Shown here: positions 37,884 through 51,177 of the stretch, piece by piece
How positions within the stretch are numbered: position 1 is the first letter of the stretch
How the letters are laid out: each line of letters opens with the position of its first letter
Source: Ginglymostoma cirratum
Taxonomy: Eukaryota
Reading direction: 5' to 3'
NCBI GenBank assembly: GCA_024137785.1
Contig: JAHRHZ010000270.1
Coordinates: forward strand, 7,548,678-7,612,677
DNA length: 64,000 nt
The notes under the pieces: generated by a model
The model's input: the letters and a program-made list of their open reading frames with translations, nothing else
Told to the model about the DNA's origin: nothing
The model's database searches: none
Program-made: the position numbers and the translations under genes

Positions 37884-40230
37884 TCATAGAACATAGAACA
37901 GTACAGCACAGTACAGGCCCTTTGGCCCATGATGTTGTGCTGACCTATTATCCTACTCGAAGATCAACCTACCCTGCGTACCCTACATTTTTTTACTATC
38001 CTCCATATGCCTATTCAAGAGTTGCTTAAATGTCCCTCGAGTATCTGACTCCACCACTACTACTGTTGGCAGCACATTCCACATGCCCAGCACTGTAAAG
38101 AACCTACCTCTGACATCTCCCCTATGCCTTCTTCCAATCATCTTAAAATTTGCCCGCTTGTAAGACTCATTTCCTACCTAGAGAAAAAGTTTGACTATCT
38201 GCTCTATCTATGCCTCATCATCTTGTAAACATCTATCAAGTCACCTCTCATCCATCTGCTCTCTAAAGAGAAAAGTCCTAGCTGCTTCAACCTTTCTTCA
38301 AAGACCTGCCTTCCAGTCCAGGCAGCATCCTGGTAAATCTCCCCTGCACCCTTTCTAAAGCTTCCATCACTTTCCTGTAATGAAGTGACCAGAAATGAGC
38401 ACAATATTCCAAGTGTGGTCTAACCAGAGTATTATAGAGCTGCAGCATAACCTCATGGCTCTTAAACTCAATTCCCCTGCCAATGAAAGCCAACACACAT
38501 ACACCTTCTTTACAACCCTATTGACTTGGGTAGCAACTTTGAGGGATCTACGGACATGGACCCCAAGATCCCTCTGTTCCTGCACAGAGAATCCTGCCAT
38601 TAACCCTGTATTCTGCATTCAAATTTGACCTTCCAAAATGAATCACTTTGCACTTTTCTGAGTTGAATTCCATCTGCCGCTCTGCACCCTGTCAATGTTC
38701 CATTGCAACCTACAACAGCCCTCCATGCTGTCCACAACTCCTCCAACCATTGTGTCAACGGCAAACTTGCTAACCCCCCCCCTTCCACTTCCTCATCCAA
38801 GTCATTTATAAAGATCACAAAGAGCAGAGGTCCCAGAACAGATCCCTGCAGAACTCCTGATCAGCGAGCTCCAGGCTGAACGCTTTCAGTCCACTACCAC
38901 CTTCTGTCGTCTATTTGACAGCCAAATTTCCCTGAATCCAATGCTTCCTTACTTTCTGAATGAGCCTACCATGTGGAAGCTTATCAAATGCTTTGCTAAA
39001 GTCCATACACACCACATCCACTACTCTGCCTTCATGGATGTTTTGTCACATCCTCAAAGAATTCAGTAAGGCTTGTGAGACATGACTTGCCCCTCTCAAA
39101 GCCACACTGACAATTTCTAATCAAACTGCCTTCCAAATAAATACTATCTCTCAGAATCCTGTCCAATAATTTGCCCACCACAAAGACTGACCGGTCTGTA
39201 ATTTCCAGGATTATCCCTGTTCCCTTTCTTGAATAAGGGAATGACGTTTGCCACCCTCCAATCATCTGGCACTACCACAGTGGACAGTGAGGATGCAAAG
39301 ATCATTGTAAAAGGGGCAGTGATCTCTTCCCTCGCTTCCCGTAGCAACCTTGGGTATATACTGTCTGACCTAGGGAACTTTTATATCCTCATGGTTTTTC
39401 AAAATTTCTAGCACATCCTCCTTCCTAACGTCAACCTGTTCGAGCATATCTGCCTGTTTCATGCTGTCCTCAAAAATGTCAAGGTCCCTCTCACTGGAGT
39501 GCTAAAGCAAAGTATTCATTAAGGACCTCCCCTACCACCTCTGACTCTGTGCACAAGTTCCCTCCACTGTCCCTGATTGGCCCTACCCTCACTCTGGCCA
39601 TCCTTTTGTTCTTCACAAGCATAGAAAGCCTTGGGGCTTTCCTTGATCCTACCTGCCAAGGTTTTCTCATACCCCCTTGCAGCTTTCCAAAGTCCATTCT
39701 GCAATTCCTTCCTGGCTACCTTTATAGACCTCTAGAGCCCTGTCCGATCCTTGCTTCCGCAACCTTAAGCTTCCTCCTTCCTCATGACTTTTCATCCAAG
39801 GTTCCTTCACCTTACCATTCTTTCCTTGCCTCAGTGGGACAAACCTATCCAGTACTTGCAGCAATTGCTCCCTAGACAACCTCTACATTTCTATTGTGCA
39901 ATTCCCTCAGAACATATGATCCCAATTGGTGCTCTGTAGTTCCTGCTGAATAGCACTGTAATTCCCCCTCCCCCAGTTAAATACTTTCCCATACCATCTG
40001 CTTCTATCTCTCTCCACGACGATAGTAAAAGTCAGGGAGTTGTGATCACCATCACCGAAATGCTCTCCCACTGAGAGATCTGACACTTGGCCTGGTTTGT
40101 TGGCCAAGCACCAAATCCAATATGGCCTCACTTCTAGTCGGCCTATGTACATTTTGAGTCACAAATCCTACCTGGGCACACCTGACAAAATCTACTCCAT
40201 GCAAACTATTTGCACTCAGGTTCCAGTCTG
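37884..40230 (-). mobile_element. CR1 LINE, 5'-truncated and frameshifted ORF2 (EN C-terminus, RT, 3' tail)
   Basis: VPDDWRVANVIPLFKKGNRDNPGNYRPVSL, CGFERGKSCLTSLTEFFEDVT, IFINDLDE, SKFAVDT (a decayed FADD motif) and LVRPHLEYC; the tail is (GTTCTAT)n. Confidence 0.95.
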
Positions 40231-41293
40231 TATTGTCCTTGGTTTGTCTTGAAGTTTTCAGAGCAACATTGAACGGTGCACGATGCAACCTGTTCTAACT
40301 TATACATCCTGGGATAAAATGGATTGGAAAAATATTATGGGAGAAAATTAAGCTTTCAGTTGTTAGTCAGGTGAAGCTTGAAGCCTGGAGAGCTGTTCAC
40401 CCTCCCCAAAAAAGCAGATCTGTGGAAACTCTGTTATAATTTTTTAAATTAATTTCAGGAATGTGAGAAGCACATGCTCATCTGGCTTTCTGAACATTGA
40501 TTTTGTTTCAAAAGAAACCCTTTCCTGTAAATTGTGCCTCTTTATTGAACTACTTTGTAATCTTAAATGTTGGGTAGTTTATTCTCCTAAAACTAGGTTG
40601 CATGTGGGAAAATGTCTGTTTCTGCTCAATTGTGTTGAATCAAGTAGACCAAACCAGTTTGTGCGTTGTGATAACTGTTTTTAGGCACCCATTGCTTGGT
40701 CTCTTGTTTGTAATTGTGTGTCCAAAGTTGTTCACTCATATCTTTGTCCAGTGATCATGTATACCTGAACTTGTTGGTAGATGGGCTAAGTTCTTGAATG
40801 TTTGTTTGTGTTTTTGGAAAATGCGCCTGTGCTTTGTGAAAATGTCACAATCTCGTATTGCCTGTTCAATACAGTGAAGTGACCATTATTTGGGATAATG
40901 CAAAGTTGGCTTTTAACTTTTTTTTTAGTGTGACTTTTTAAAACAACTTATCGTGTGGTTTTATTGAAGTTAATGGGCTGTTTTGAACTATTGCTAACAG
41001 CACCTCCAATGAATTTGAAATTCTGAACCCATTCCAAATGTTTAGTATTTTACACTGAATAACTGAACTCTTAGTTGTGAATTTCTGAACTTAAGGTGTA
41101 GTCTGGACTTTAAAGCAATGGTCTCGATGAAATTTTCTGGAAGGTTATGAAAAGTAGAGTGGTTGGTATTTAATATGACAATGTAATGAGAGCAGTTTGT
41201 ACCACAAATTAGTTCAACTTTAATTTGGTCCTCGATTGTCCCCCACATATGACAGTATACTTGGTGTCTAGTTGGTGTGTGAGGAGATGTGTT

Positions 41294-41331
41294 GATTTCT
41301 GATGAAGGGTTTAGGCCCGAAACGTCAAGTT
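41294..41331 (+). ncRNA. Minimal hammerhead ribozyme motif, sense to ELAVL2 intron 1
   Basis: GATTT-CTGATGA-A-GGGT(ttag)GCCC-GAAAC-GTC-AAGTT: intact core, GUC triplet and a weak 5-bp stem I with two G.U pairs. Confidence 0.55.
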
Positions 41332-41392
41332 TTCCTGCTCCTATGATGCTGCTTGAGCTGCTGTGTTCATCCAGCCCCATGCTTGTTATCTC
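41295..41392 (+). mobile_element. Short Penelope-derived terminal fragment starting at its hammerhead motif
   Basis: Matches 41-128 and 60894-60990. Confidence 0.85.
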
Positions 41393-41990
41393 TCTCTCCT
41401 GCATTGTAGCTAGATTTCAGATTTATTGGGTTTCAGCTTTTGAACCCTGTGCATGTGAAACATTTCTAGACTTTAAAAAAAAATTCAGATGGTCTTGTGC
41501 ATGATTTAAAAAGCTGAGAGCCCCTTTTTTTAATCTAGGGGAAAATGTCTACCCGAGTCCAACCTGAACTAAAACTTTTTCAGCATATAAATATCTTTGC
41601 ATTTAGACTTCTGATATAGAAATGGCTGAAATCTGCTTCTGCATCACTAAGCTGGTTTGTCTGAGTGGAAATAGCATATTGGGCTTACTATTTTATATGT
41701 AGTTCTCAATATATTGATTTCAAAAATTGCAGAGCCTGTCTGCAATTTTGTCAGTCCTCCACATCTGACAATATCCCTTTACTTCCAATAGCCAATTCAT
41801 GACACCAACTTTCTTTATGCATGGAAAATTGTCATCCATATCTATTTAGAACAAGATTAGATTGGAATTGCCTCATTGTTGAGCCCAAACTGCATGGACA
41901 TGCTCTGAATATACATAAGGCATTGTAAACTGATTTGTTGCATTATATTGTTAATCTAACATACGGTACTCTTTTGTGTCCATATTGCAG

Positions 41991-42081
41991 ACGGCAACTC
42001 CAAACTAACATGGCAGTCAGACTGTGTGATGTGGCTACACTGCTTAGAAGTGGTTCGTGGGCTGCAGAGCCTTGGACTGGG
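41991..42081 (+). CDS. ELAVL2: ELAVL2 alternative cassette exon; ATG at 42010 encodes MAVRLCDVATLLRSGSWAAEPWTG
   Basis: The peptide matches the long-isoform ELAVL2/ElrB N-terminus as I recall it ([33 protein letters not shown]). Branch-like CTAAC at 41956-41960, acceptor TTGCAG|41991, and a phase-0 donor GGG|GTCTGT in frame with the next exon. The ORF track misses it. Confidence 0.9.
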
Positions 42082-44468
42082 GTCTGTGGGACTTTTCTTT
42101 AAATTCAGTAGTGACTTAAGTTTTCTCTTTGAGGCCATACCAAAAACATAATATATATTGTTGTCATAGGTCCTGTACTCTAGTAAAAATGAAATTGGTT
42201 CAGAAATACTTAGTTCTTTTGGAACAGCAAGTCTTTTTATCTACAAAAAATAACTTAAAGTGAAGCCAATGCAATTATTTTTGGTATGGTCTAATAAAAC
42301 TTGTATAATAGTATTTGCTGAAAGTGGATTTGTTGTATTATTTCTGCTGTAGTGGTGCACATGTTTTAACAGCTATTAACCTTTGATTGCAAATGGCGTC
42401 TGAGTGGAAATTTTCATCCTAACACCAATTGCTCCACCCTCTTGCCCCTCACATCCGCTAAATCTGAATTGTTTAAGATTCAGTGCATGTGGTGACTCAG
42501 TTGCAAATTTACTTGCATGAAGTGTAGTGATCCCCAGCAAATTAAGAAAATTGCCTATTAGATAGAAAGTTATTGCTCTGCAAAGTGCATAGGTGAATGC
42601 AAGTGTTCACTGGAATTCTGACCTAATTGTATTTCTGACCTAATGTGCAAAGTAAAATGGATATAGACCTGTCACTACAGATAACTTAAAATGCTTGAAC
42701 AAAACTTTGCAGAAAATGCCTAGCTTGCTCCTTTCTTGCAAGTGCTGTACACTTGTTTTGACTGTTCATTTTCTTCCTTTTGTAATTACGAGACAGCAAA
42801 CGTTCCTAAATATAACGGCTAAGCCCAAAATAGCTGCTGGTGTTGCATTAATTTTGTTCTTCCAATTTGTTTGAATGCCACGTCTCAAACTGATTTTTTT
42901 TAAAACAGGTCTCTTGTGCGATATGGGAATACTCATTGAACAGAATTTTCATCTATTTGCTGAAATACTAACTTGGCTGCTGTACTGTGAACTTGGCATT
43001 TGTGCTTGAATGGAATAAATGGACATACTTGCTTGAAACTATCACTGTAAAATAGTTAATTTTTATTAGATTATTATTCTGCTCACTTCCCATAATCTTA
43101 GTTCCAACATCATTTATACCCTGACTAGGTTGAGTTATTTTTAAAATACCAACCTTATTCTGAGCTCAGCACTTAGTGGCTACCATACCCCCACTCCAGT
43201 TTTTAAGGGTTTTTTAGAACATATAGCAGGTGCTCTGTTTTGTTTGGTTGTATATTTCCTGCTTGCTTCAAGACTACCCTTTTTAGTATTCTGTATTGAT
43301 CCTGCATTTTGCAGATCATTCCAGTGCAGTGATACAACTGGCATAAACTCCAATTCTTTTGAGAATAAATAGAATGGTGAAGATTAGATGGTGTATGCAT
43401 TTAGCATCTGAAATACACAACTTGATTTCTAAATGTTGGTTTGGAGTGCTGTTTAAAGACACTTTCCACAGTGGATGATAGCTCAGATGCAAGTTGGGCA
43501 AATTTAAGCACTTGAAGTCAACAAGCTGCATTTATTAGAAAAGGCAAAGAATCACTTCCAATTTTTGCAATTGAGTGATTTTTGCAATAGTTTGTGTGCA
43601 GAGCTTGCTCTTCAAGTACAGACAGTTGGCTATTTCCCTGAAACATTAAGGTGTCTACGTCTAGCTAGTAGCAGAAGTATGAATTTGGACAGGAAGCAAT
43701 GAAGGGTCGGTGGTCCAGAACTTCCTGTGTGTTTATGTATATTTAACTGAGTATTCCCACCAACCTGACCCTATCCCCCCCCTCTCATTCCACCACCTAC
43801 ATCCCCATCAATATAAAATTTCTTCATAGAAAATATATAACACTCTGATCTGTATCAAATGTGACTTTGGAAGAGTTTGCTTTCATGTAAATTGTCAAGT
43901 GTGGCAATAAGGATGGAGCATTTTAAGGACGTAGTCACAATCCAGCTCAAAATACCTCTTTTTAGAATGGGGCAAGGCTAGATGCTGAAGGAGAGGGGGA
44001 AGAGATGTAAATTTACCAGGTCTGGTAACCAGTTTACATGTTTTCTGCTCAGACCGGAGTTAAGACCACTGGATATGGTGGATGAAGATATCCACTGAAA
44101 GGTACCAGATTTAGTTTTGTGCTTTGAGATGTTTCCAAATTGAAAGTGGGCTAGTGGTTTTTGTCCCAATAAAAGGAAGGGGGGGAAGAAAATAAAGGGA
44201 AATCGAAATAATCTCTGGTTTACCTTGGAGCTCTGGTGCACATTAGTAGAAGCAAATGTTTTTTAGTTTAGCTTGTGTGCAGTATGCTGGATTAATATTG
44301 ACTTCAAAATAGATGGTTGGCGTATGACTTGCAAGCGGTATTATGATCAACATGTGCATCCCAGTTAGTAACTAGTTTTGCTGAAAACCAAGATATTTGA
44401 AGTTATTTATGGCAGAGTTTGTCATCAAAGTCCTATTTATAGGCTGTAATAAAGTAAGTAGCAGCACT

Positions 44469-44487
44469 TCACCACCAGATGGCATTG
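44469..44487 (+). promoter_or_regulatory. CTCF-like core overlapping a CAGATGG E-box
   Basis: CCACCAGATGGCA fits CCASYAGRKGGCR. Motif match only. Confidence 0.35.
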
Positions 44488-45735
44488 GTCTAGTAGCTGT
44501 GGATGTGCGTGACTACTAGTTTGTGATCCTGTAGTATAGTTGAAGCGTGAGTCAAAAACAAATTTTCAATATCTGAAGATTTGAAGCTTCACCTGTGTAG
44601 CTGTTTTGAACAGTGAAATAATAGCTGCAGGATACTGAACTTTCTTCCTAGTCGACAACTTAGACTTGGTAACGCCTGTAGTAAATTCCAGTTAGAATTG
44701 TGAAATTAAATTGTTACATTCTTTCATGAATATATGACTTTGAACATTTTGCTTGTTGCATTCTTGTATTGTGCTTATTGCTTTCAACATGTCACAAGTT
44801 CTAATTGTAGTCAGAATGTTAAAGTTCCACACTGACTTACAGGTTAATTGGATCATAAATGCACGCTTAAAGACTTGATTGCAAGATGTTTGATGTAATT
44901 TGACCATAACTATGTTGGAGGTATTCATCAAGGAGCAATTTTTCAAAAATGAATTGGCTTATTCAGACCTGCAAAACTCTTTTGTGCAGTAAGACGGCAC
45001 ATCTTGTTTCCTTGAGATAAAGCTGAATATTGCTTTTTTTTGGACTTTTGGTACCTGCTCACCAACTTTGCTTTTTTTCTTAGAATGGACATCCAAATTC
45101 TTTTGCTCCACATCAGTTATTTCTCACCAGTGACAAAATTCTGCTTTATGTAGAACAAGAAGCATTGATTCATAAAGTGAAAGGCAAAAAACAACTTGTT
45201 TCTTTTATAACTATTTGCACTTATCTGCCCAACTGGCTGATCTTCTAGCTTGGTAATCTGTATCCTGGATGTCCAAATGTGCATATTTAAGGCCCCAGTA
45301 TAGATATTTGGAGAATACCATTTATCGTATCCCATCAATTAGTATTTACCTTTTTATTCCTACTCTTCCTTGCAATGGTGATTGAAATTTAAGTTTGAAC
45401 TTTTGGAAGCTCATCTGTTTATATAATGATACAAATAAGGGAATGATTTGTCACTTATGACAAATGTGTTGAACTACAACCAATTTTCATATGTGCATCA
45501 GATTGGAAATAAATGTCACCTCTCTTCCTACTTTTCAGCGAAAGCTATATATTAACCTGCAAGTCATCAAGATGGGGCTTAAATTGTAGCTTTCGTAAAA
45601 TTCTTAAATGTCATATTGCCATTTCCGGGGCAGGGGAGGGGGGTGGGTGTGCAGAAAAGCTCAAGTCTTGTGGCTATGTTAAGTGACTCTTAAATGAATT
45701 CAAAAAGGTAACACTTGATTTCTGTCTCTTTATAG

Positions 45736-46005
<270 letters not shown>

Positions 46006-47399
46006 TAGAGTTGTATGTTCTGTTTGCTTTAGTGTTGTAGCCACTTGTTAATAACTTAAAATATTTGCTGTGGGCATTTTTTCTGTATTGTCTCTTATTC
46101 GGATGCATTCTAGTCTGGGGTTCTTTACTACGATTCTGATACAATTGGCAAGTAGCACAGAAGAGATCCTTGGCCCATAAAAGTGGTTCTTCCATCTAAA
46201 AACAAGTTGACTTATGTTGCTGGTTTTAATTTACTCTAACAAGTTGAGTCCTTCAGTCTACAATAAGAATCTGTTTAAAGGAGCTATCCAATTAATTCAA
46301 CTATCCTTTCTGTAAAACCCTGAAATTAACAAAATTAGTGTTTTGGAAAACTTTTTCATTTTTCTAAAGTACATTCTGGCTCCTAACTGCATGCAGCTTT
46401 TTTCCCTCATCTAGCAAGATTTGGTTCTTTTGTCACTTAGCCTAGTTTTTGGATCTTTCAGCTACCAGCCTGTATGCTGCTGGAAAACTTTTTTTTTCCA
46501 CTGGTCCCTGTCTAAACCCTCAAAGTTTGAGTGTCCTATTAAATCCTCCTATTACCATCTCTCCTCTGAGGAGAACATCGCATTGCATTAAAAAAAATGC
46601 AGCATAGAAGTGGGCTGTTTAGACCAACAGGTCTTTGCTTTATGACCTACATATGCTGCTTCCAATATTTACTTGATTGTGCTCTAGCAGCCTGCCAGTA
46701 TCATCCCCTCTCCCATTTTAAAGGAAGGAAAATAAAGAGAACATACCTGTCTAATCACAGGTGATTAATCCTGTGACGGCAAGTTCAGTATTCTGGTAAA
46801 TGTTTCCAATGCATGATCATTTGATTTATTGGTGATTGTTATATTTGTTGGTCATAGTTTTGATCTTCAAATAGAAATTCATTCTCCCATCTACATTATC
46901 AAAATGTTTTAATTTTAAAGGTCTGTAATAAGTATCCCTTCACCATTGTCTTTTGTGGAGATGACAGTGCAGCTACTTCAAAAAATTTAAATTCTATTGT
47001 CACTGAGAAATGTTCTAGGAATGGAAGTAATTCAGTTATGATACTTGTTTTTTTCGCCTGTCAGAAATCATGAACAAGCTGCGGATATTAACATTGGGGC
47101 CATCTGGATTTGTAGATTATGCGGTGTCCCTTGAGCAAGGAAGCTGGGTGTTTTAACAACAGAACAGTCCCATTTTTGCCATTTATTACGATCAGGGCTA
47201 ATCTTTGTCTTAAACTTTCACTTTTCACTGTTTAGTGTGCTTAAGATTTCCTCTCTTTCAGCAATTTCTCAACTGCTGCAAGTCTACTTCTCTCTTCCTT
47301 TCTTTAATATGATTTACAAGCTTGCACACAGCTGGAACTATTCTCGAAAACAAACTAGTATAAAATACTAGAATTTAGGATACAGAGCTAAATGATTTT

Positions 47400-47800
47400 A
47401 GGCTGTTCAGTTTCTCTATACTTCTCAATTGCATTAATTTGCTCACTCGTAGCCCCCAGGTTACACACTCCAGTATTTAACTTCTATTGTGAACAAATTG
47501 TCTTTGTCCTATGCCCCTCTGTCTGCTTCAGAAGGACCAATGTTTACCTTTTTCAGCAGGCTATTGGGTTACAATTATGGCACAGCAGTTTGAAACGCTT
47601 GAGTGTTTTGGCTTCCCCTGCAAGTGAGAATATTGGGATGAGGTTCTAGGGCCAAAAACTCCTATAGCTGAAATCTCTCGTCCTTGGTACTATTCTAGTA
47701 AAACTCCTCTGCACCCTTTTTCCAAAACATGGAGCCTATATTTGAATGCGTTATTCTAGCTGTATTCTGATCAGTGAATTTTAAGACAAATTTGAGTACA
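47400..47800 (-). mobile_element. Degraded CR1 fragment
   Basis: TATTCTAGTAAAACTCCTCTGCACCCT is typical of reverse-complement CR1 ORF2 3' sequence. Confidence 0.4.
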
Positions 47801-47919
47801 ATTTTCTGTTTTTTTTATACTCATTCGGTCTTTGTCTTGTCAACTTAGTGGTGTGGGACAACTTCCTGCTAACTTGTAAGATCTTGCTCCTATTACTGTT
47901 CCTTAGTCGTCCTGGAGGT

Positions 47920-48437
47920 CTTAGAAAATACAAGTGGTTAAATCTCCAGGACCTGATGGAAGGTATCCCCAGACTTTGGGACGTTAGAGTGCCCCTTGCA
48001 TAGATATTTGATTCATCTAAAATATGGATGAGGTACTGTATGATAGGGTGTCTAATGTGCCTTTAAGAAGGGATACAAGGAGAACCCTGGGAACTATACA
48101 CCTTAGTCTGACTTTGGGTAAGTTGTTGGAAGTGATTCCGAAAGATATGATTTACATGCTTTTGGAGAGGCAAGAATTTCAAGACTAGGGGACGTATTTT
48201 TAAGGTGAGAAGAGATTTAAAGGCAAGGCTTTTTTTTTTGGCTCATATGTGGAATGAATTCAAGGAATTGGTGGATGTGGCTACAGTTAGTGTTTAAAAG
48301 ACATTTAGATAAGTACCTGAATAGAAAATATTTGGAGTGATGTGAGCCAAATGCAGGCAGGTGGGACTAGTTAAGTTTGGGATTATGGTTGGCAATGATT
48401 AGTTGGACTGAAGGGCCTGTTTGTGTTGTATGACTCT
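47920..48437 (+). mobile_element. CR1 fragment with an internal deletion and 3' tail
   Basis: AAATCTCCAGGACCTGATGG (KSPGPDG) and AACCCTGGGAACTATA (NPGNY) are joined to a tail ending TATGACTCTA. Confidence 0.75.
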
Positions 48438-48604
48438 AAAGAAAGGCATCATTTCATGCTGTTAAATTACACGTGCCAGATTCTGATCTTTTATCTGTTC
48501 CTGAAATCTTGGCATCCTTGATTTTTAAACCACACTTTGTCGTTGTGCATTATATATTTTAAAAGTGTGCAAATTTGTGTTTGGATGACTTTTATGTAGT
48601 TTCA

Positions 48605-49300
48605 GTCAGACGTACAGCACAGAAAATAATCCTTTGGTCCAACTTGTCCGTGTCAGCTGGGTATCGTAGATAAATCTAGCCCCATTTGACCCATATCCTT
48701 CTAAATTGTCTTATTTGTATACCCATCCAGATGCCTTTTTTAAATGTTGTAATTGTACCAGCCTCCTCCACTTCCTTTGGCAGCTCATTCCATACACACA
48801 CCACCCTATGCATTTTAAAAAATAAATAAATTCATTCCCTCTAGGTCCCTTTTTTAAATCTTCCTTTCTCATCTTAAACCTATTCCCTCTAGTTAGGGAC
48901 TCCTTAAACCTGGGGAAAAGACCTTTTCTATTCACCCTGTCCATGCTGCTCATGACTTTATATACCTCTATAAGGCCACCCCTCAACCTCTGAAGCTCCA
49001 GGCAAAGTAGCCCCAGCCTATTCAGCCTCTCCCTACTAGCTGAAACCTTCTGATTCTGGCAACATCCTCAAATCCATTGTGAAGCTAGAAAGGGTTCACA
49101 ACATCCTTCATACAGCAGTGCAACCAGAATTGCATGCAATGGTGGCCTAACCAATGTCCTGTACAGCTGCAACATGACCTCCCAACCCCTACACTCAATG
49201 TGCTAACCAATTAAGACAAGTGTACCAAACCCTGCCTTCACTATCCTATTCACCTGCGACTCCACTTTTGAAGGAACTATGAACCTGCACTCCAAGATCC
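48605..49300 (-). mobile_element. CR1/HER1 3' end
   Basis: Minus ORF RGGLIEVYKVMSSMDRVNRKGLFPR; reverse complement of the 2620-3190 family. Confidence 0.85.
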
Positions 49301-50744
49301 TGACAAATGGAGGCAGCTGGTCTGATTGAGCCATGCAAGCATACTAGCAGCACAAAACAATCTTTACAATGGTGCAGACCATTTTAATTGAATTTTAGAC
49401 ATCATGCAGTTCAGATTTAAATTTAATCTGTCTGTGCTTCTTTGGCATAAGCCATCCTATACCTGATGGGTCTGCATTGTAGGCCTTCAATATTTCTGTA
49501 CAGCTGAAACAAGGATGCCTTATGATGTGCAATTTCCTGTGTCTCCATTATTTTGTCCTGCTTGTTTTGCCTGAGTATTTTTTTTTCATGGGGGTCTTGG
49601 GGAAATCATCACTTTTCATTTTATAACATAAAGCATTACTTGGAGAATTACCTCCATTAACTATCCCTGATTGCAAGTTGAGTCATGAGTAGCACATTGC
49701 TTTCACCTTATTTCGTTCTCTTGCCTTTGGCAACATCTGGTCATCCGTATCTGACACTGACTTCCTATTTTGTAATTCTTTGCACCATTTGTCTACTAAC
49801 ACGACCACAGGTGATCAACTGAGCCCAAAGCTTCCATCAGCTCTTCTAGAGGAGGTCACCAGACTGCTGCTCAGTTGATACTGACTATGTTTGAACTTCC
49901 ACAGTATCAATTGCATTCAAAGAATGTGTAGATTCTAAGAGGAAACAATTCACTTCTTTGGAGCAATTGAAAATTAAACCCACAACCCTTCATAATTTTT
50001 AAGTTTTACCTAAACTTTCACACAGTTCCTCATTATAAAATTTGATATCTGCTGGATCCTGGTTACTGACTACTCTAGCTTCTACCATTAAAACTGCAAA
50101 GACGTCTTTTTTTTTACATGCATTGAACAAATGTCTGGTTCTCCAGCTTCACAAGTAGAGGTTATTGGTGCCCTGGGCTTCCATTTTTTTTCTTTTGCTG
50201 AAAAACTTAAGATTTTCCTCAACTTAAAAGGAGCTAAAAGTATGTTTTCTCTGAACTTTGATATGCACGTGCTGCAAATTATGCTTTTCATGCAACTTTT
50301 TTCCTTCTAGGACAAAAGGGGACTTGGTTTTTGTCGTGCTGTGTTTTTAAAGTACCCCCTTACCTAGATCTTTGAAAATGTTGGTGCTAAAATGAAATTA
50401 GCTGCTGGTTCTGCCTGTATCTTCTATCAGGACACACAGCAACAACTTGATTGGACCTAACATGTCCAGTTGCCAGTGTGACCATTCATTTGATTTTAGC
50501 TTTCTTTTGAGTTGCATTGTGCTGTATACTCTGGATATTTGAATTTGAAATTTGTTTCTTACATGAAGGCCTGTAATGTGAATGTTCTGTGCAAAGACCT
50601 CTAGAATTTGATAACTGCAACACATTACAAATTTGCAATTTGTACAATTATACTGAATTGTGCAAATGAGATGAATAGACAACTTGAATTTTAATGGCTG
50701 AACTATGCATCCAAAAAATTCATTTTTACAATCATCATGAAATG

Positions 50745-51044
50745 TTCCATAGAATCCCCACAGTGTGGAAGCAGGCTATTTGCCCTTCTGAGCGACCCAC
50801 CCAGAATTACTCTATCCCTGTAACCCTGCGTTTCTCGGGGCTAATCCATTTAGCCTGCACATCCCTGGATGGTATGAGCAATTTAGCATGGCCAATCCAC
50901 CTAACTTGCACATCTTTAGACTCTGGGAGGCAACTAACGTGGACATGGAGAATGTCTGTTTGGAGCTTGCACTGTCACTTGAGGGTGGGATTGAATCTGG
51001 GTCCCTAGCACTGAAGCAATGCCAAACAGAGCCTCCATGCTGCC
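50745..51044 (-). mobile_element. HE1-like tRNA-derived V-SINE
   Basis: Minus strand shows a head GGCAGCATGG...GGGACCCAGATTCAATCCC (B box), a V-core TAAAGATGTGCAAGTTAGGTGGATTGGCCATGCTAAATTG and a CR1-like tail ...GATTCTATG. Confidence 0.8.
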
Positions 51045-51177
51045 TAATAAGTGACATTGAATATTCGCATGTAGATGTGAAGGAGCAGGAGTGAGAATTT
51101 TGATCAAGATTAAAATTTAATCAGCCCCCTGCAATGAACTGCTCGGAAACGAGATAAGTTAGGCTCTGAGGCTTTAC

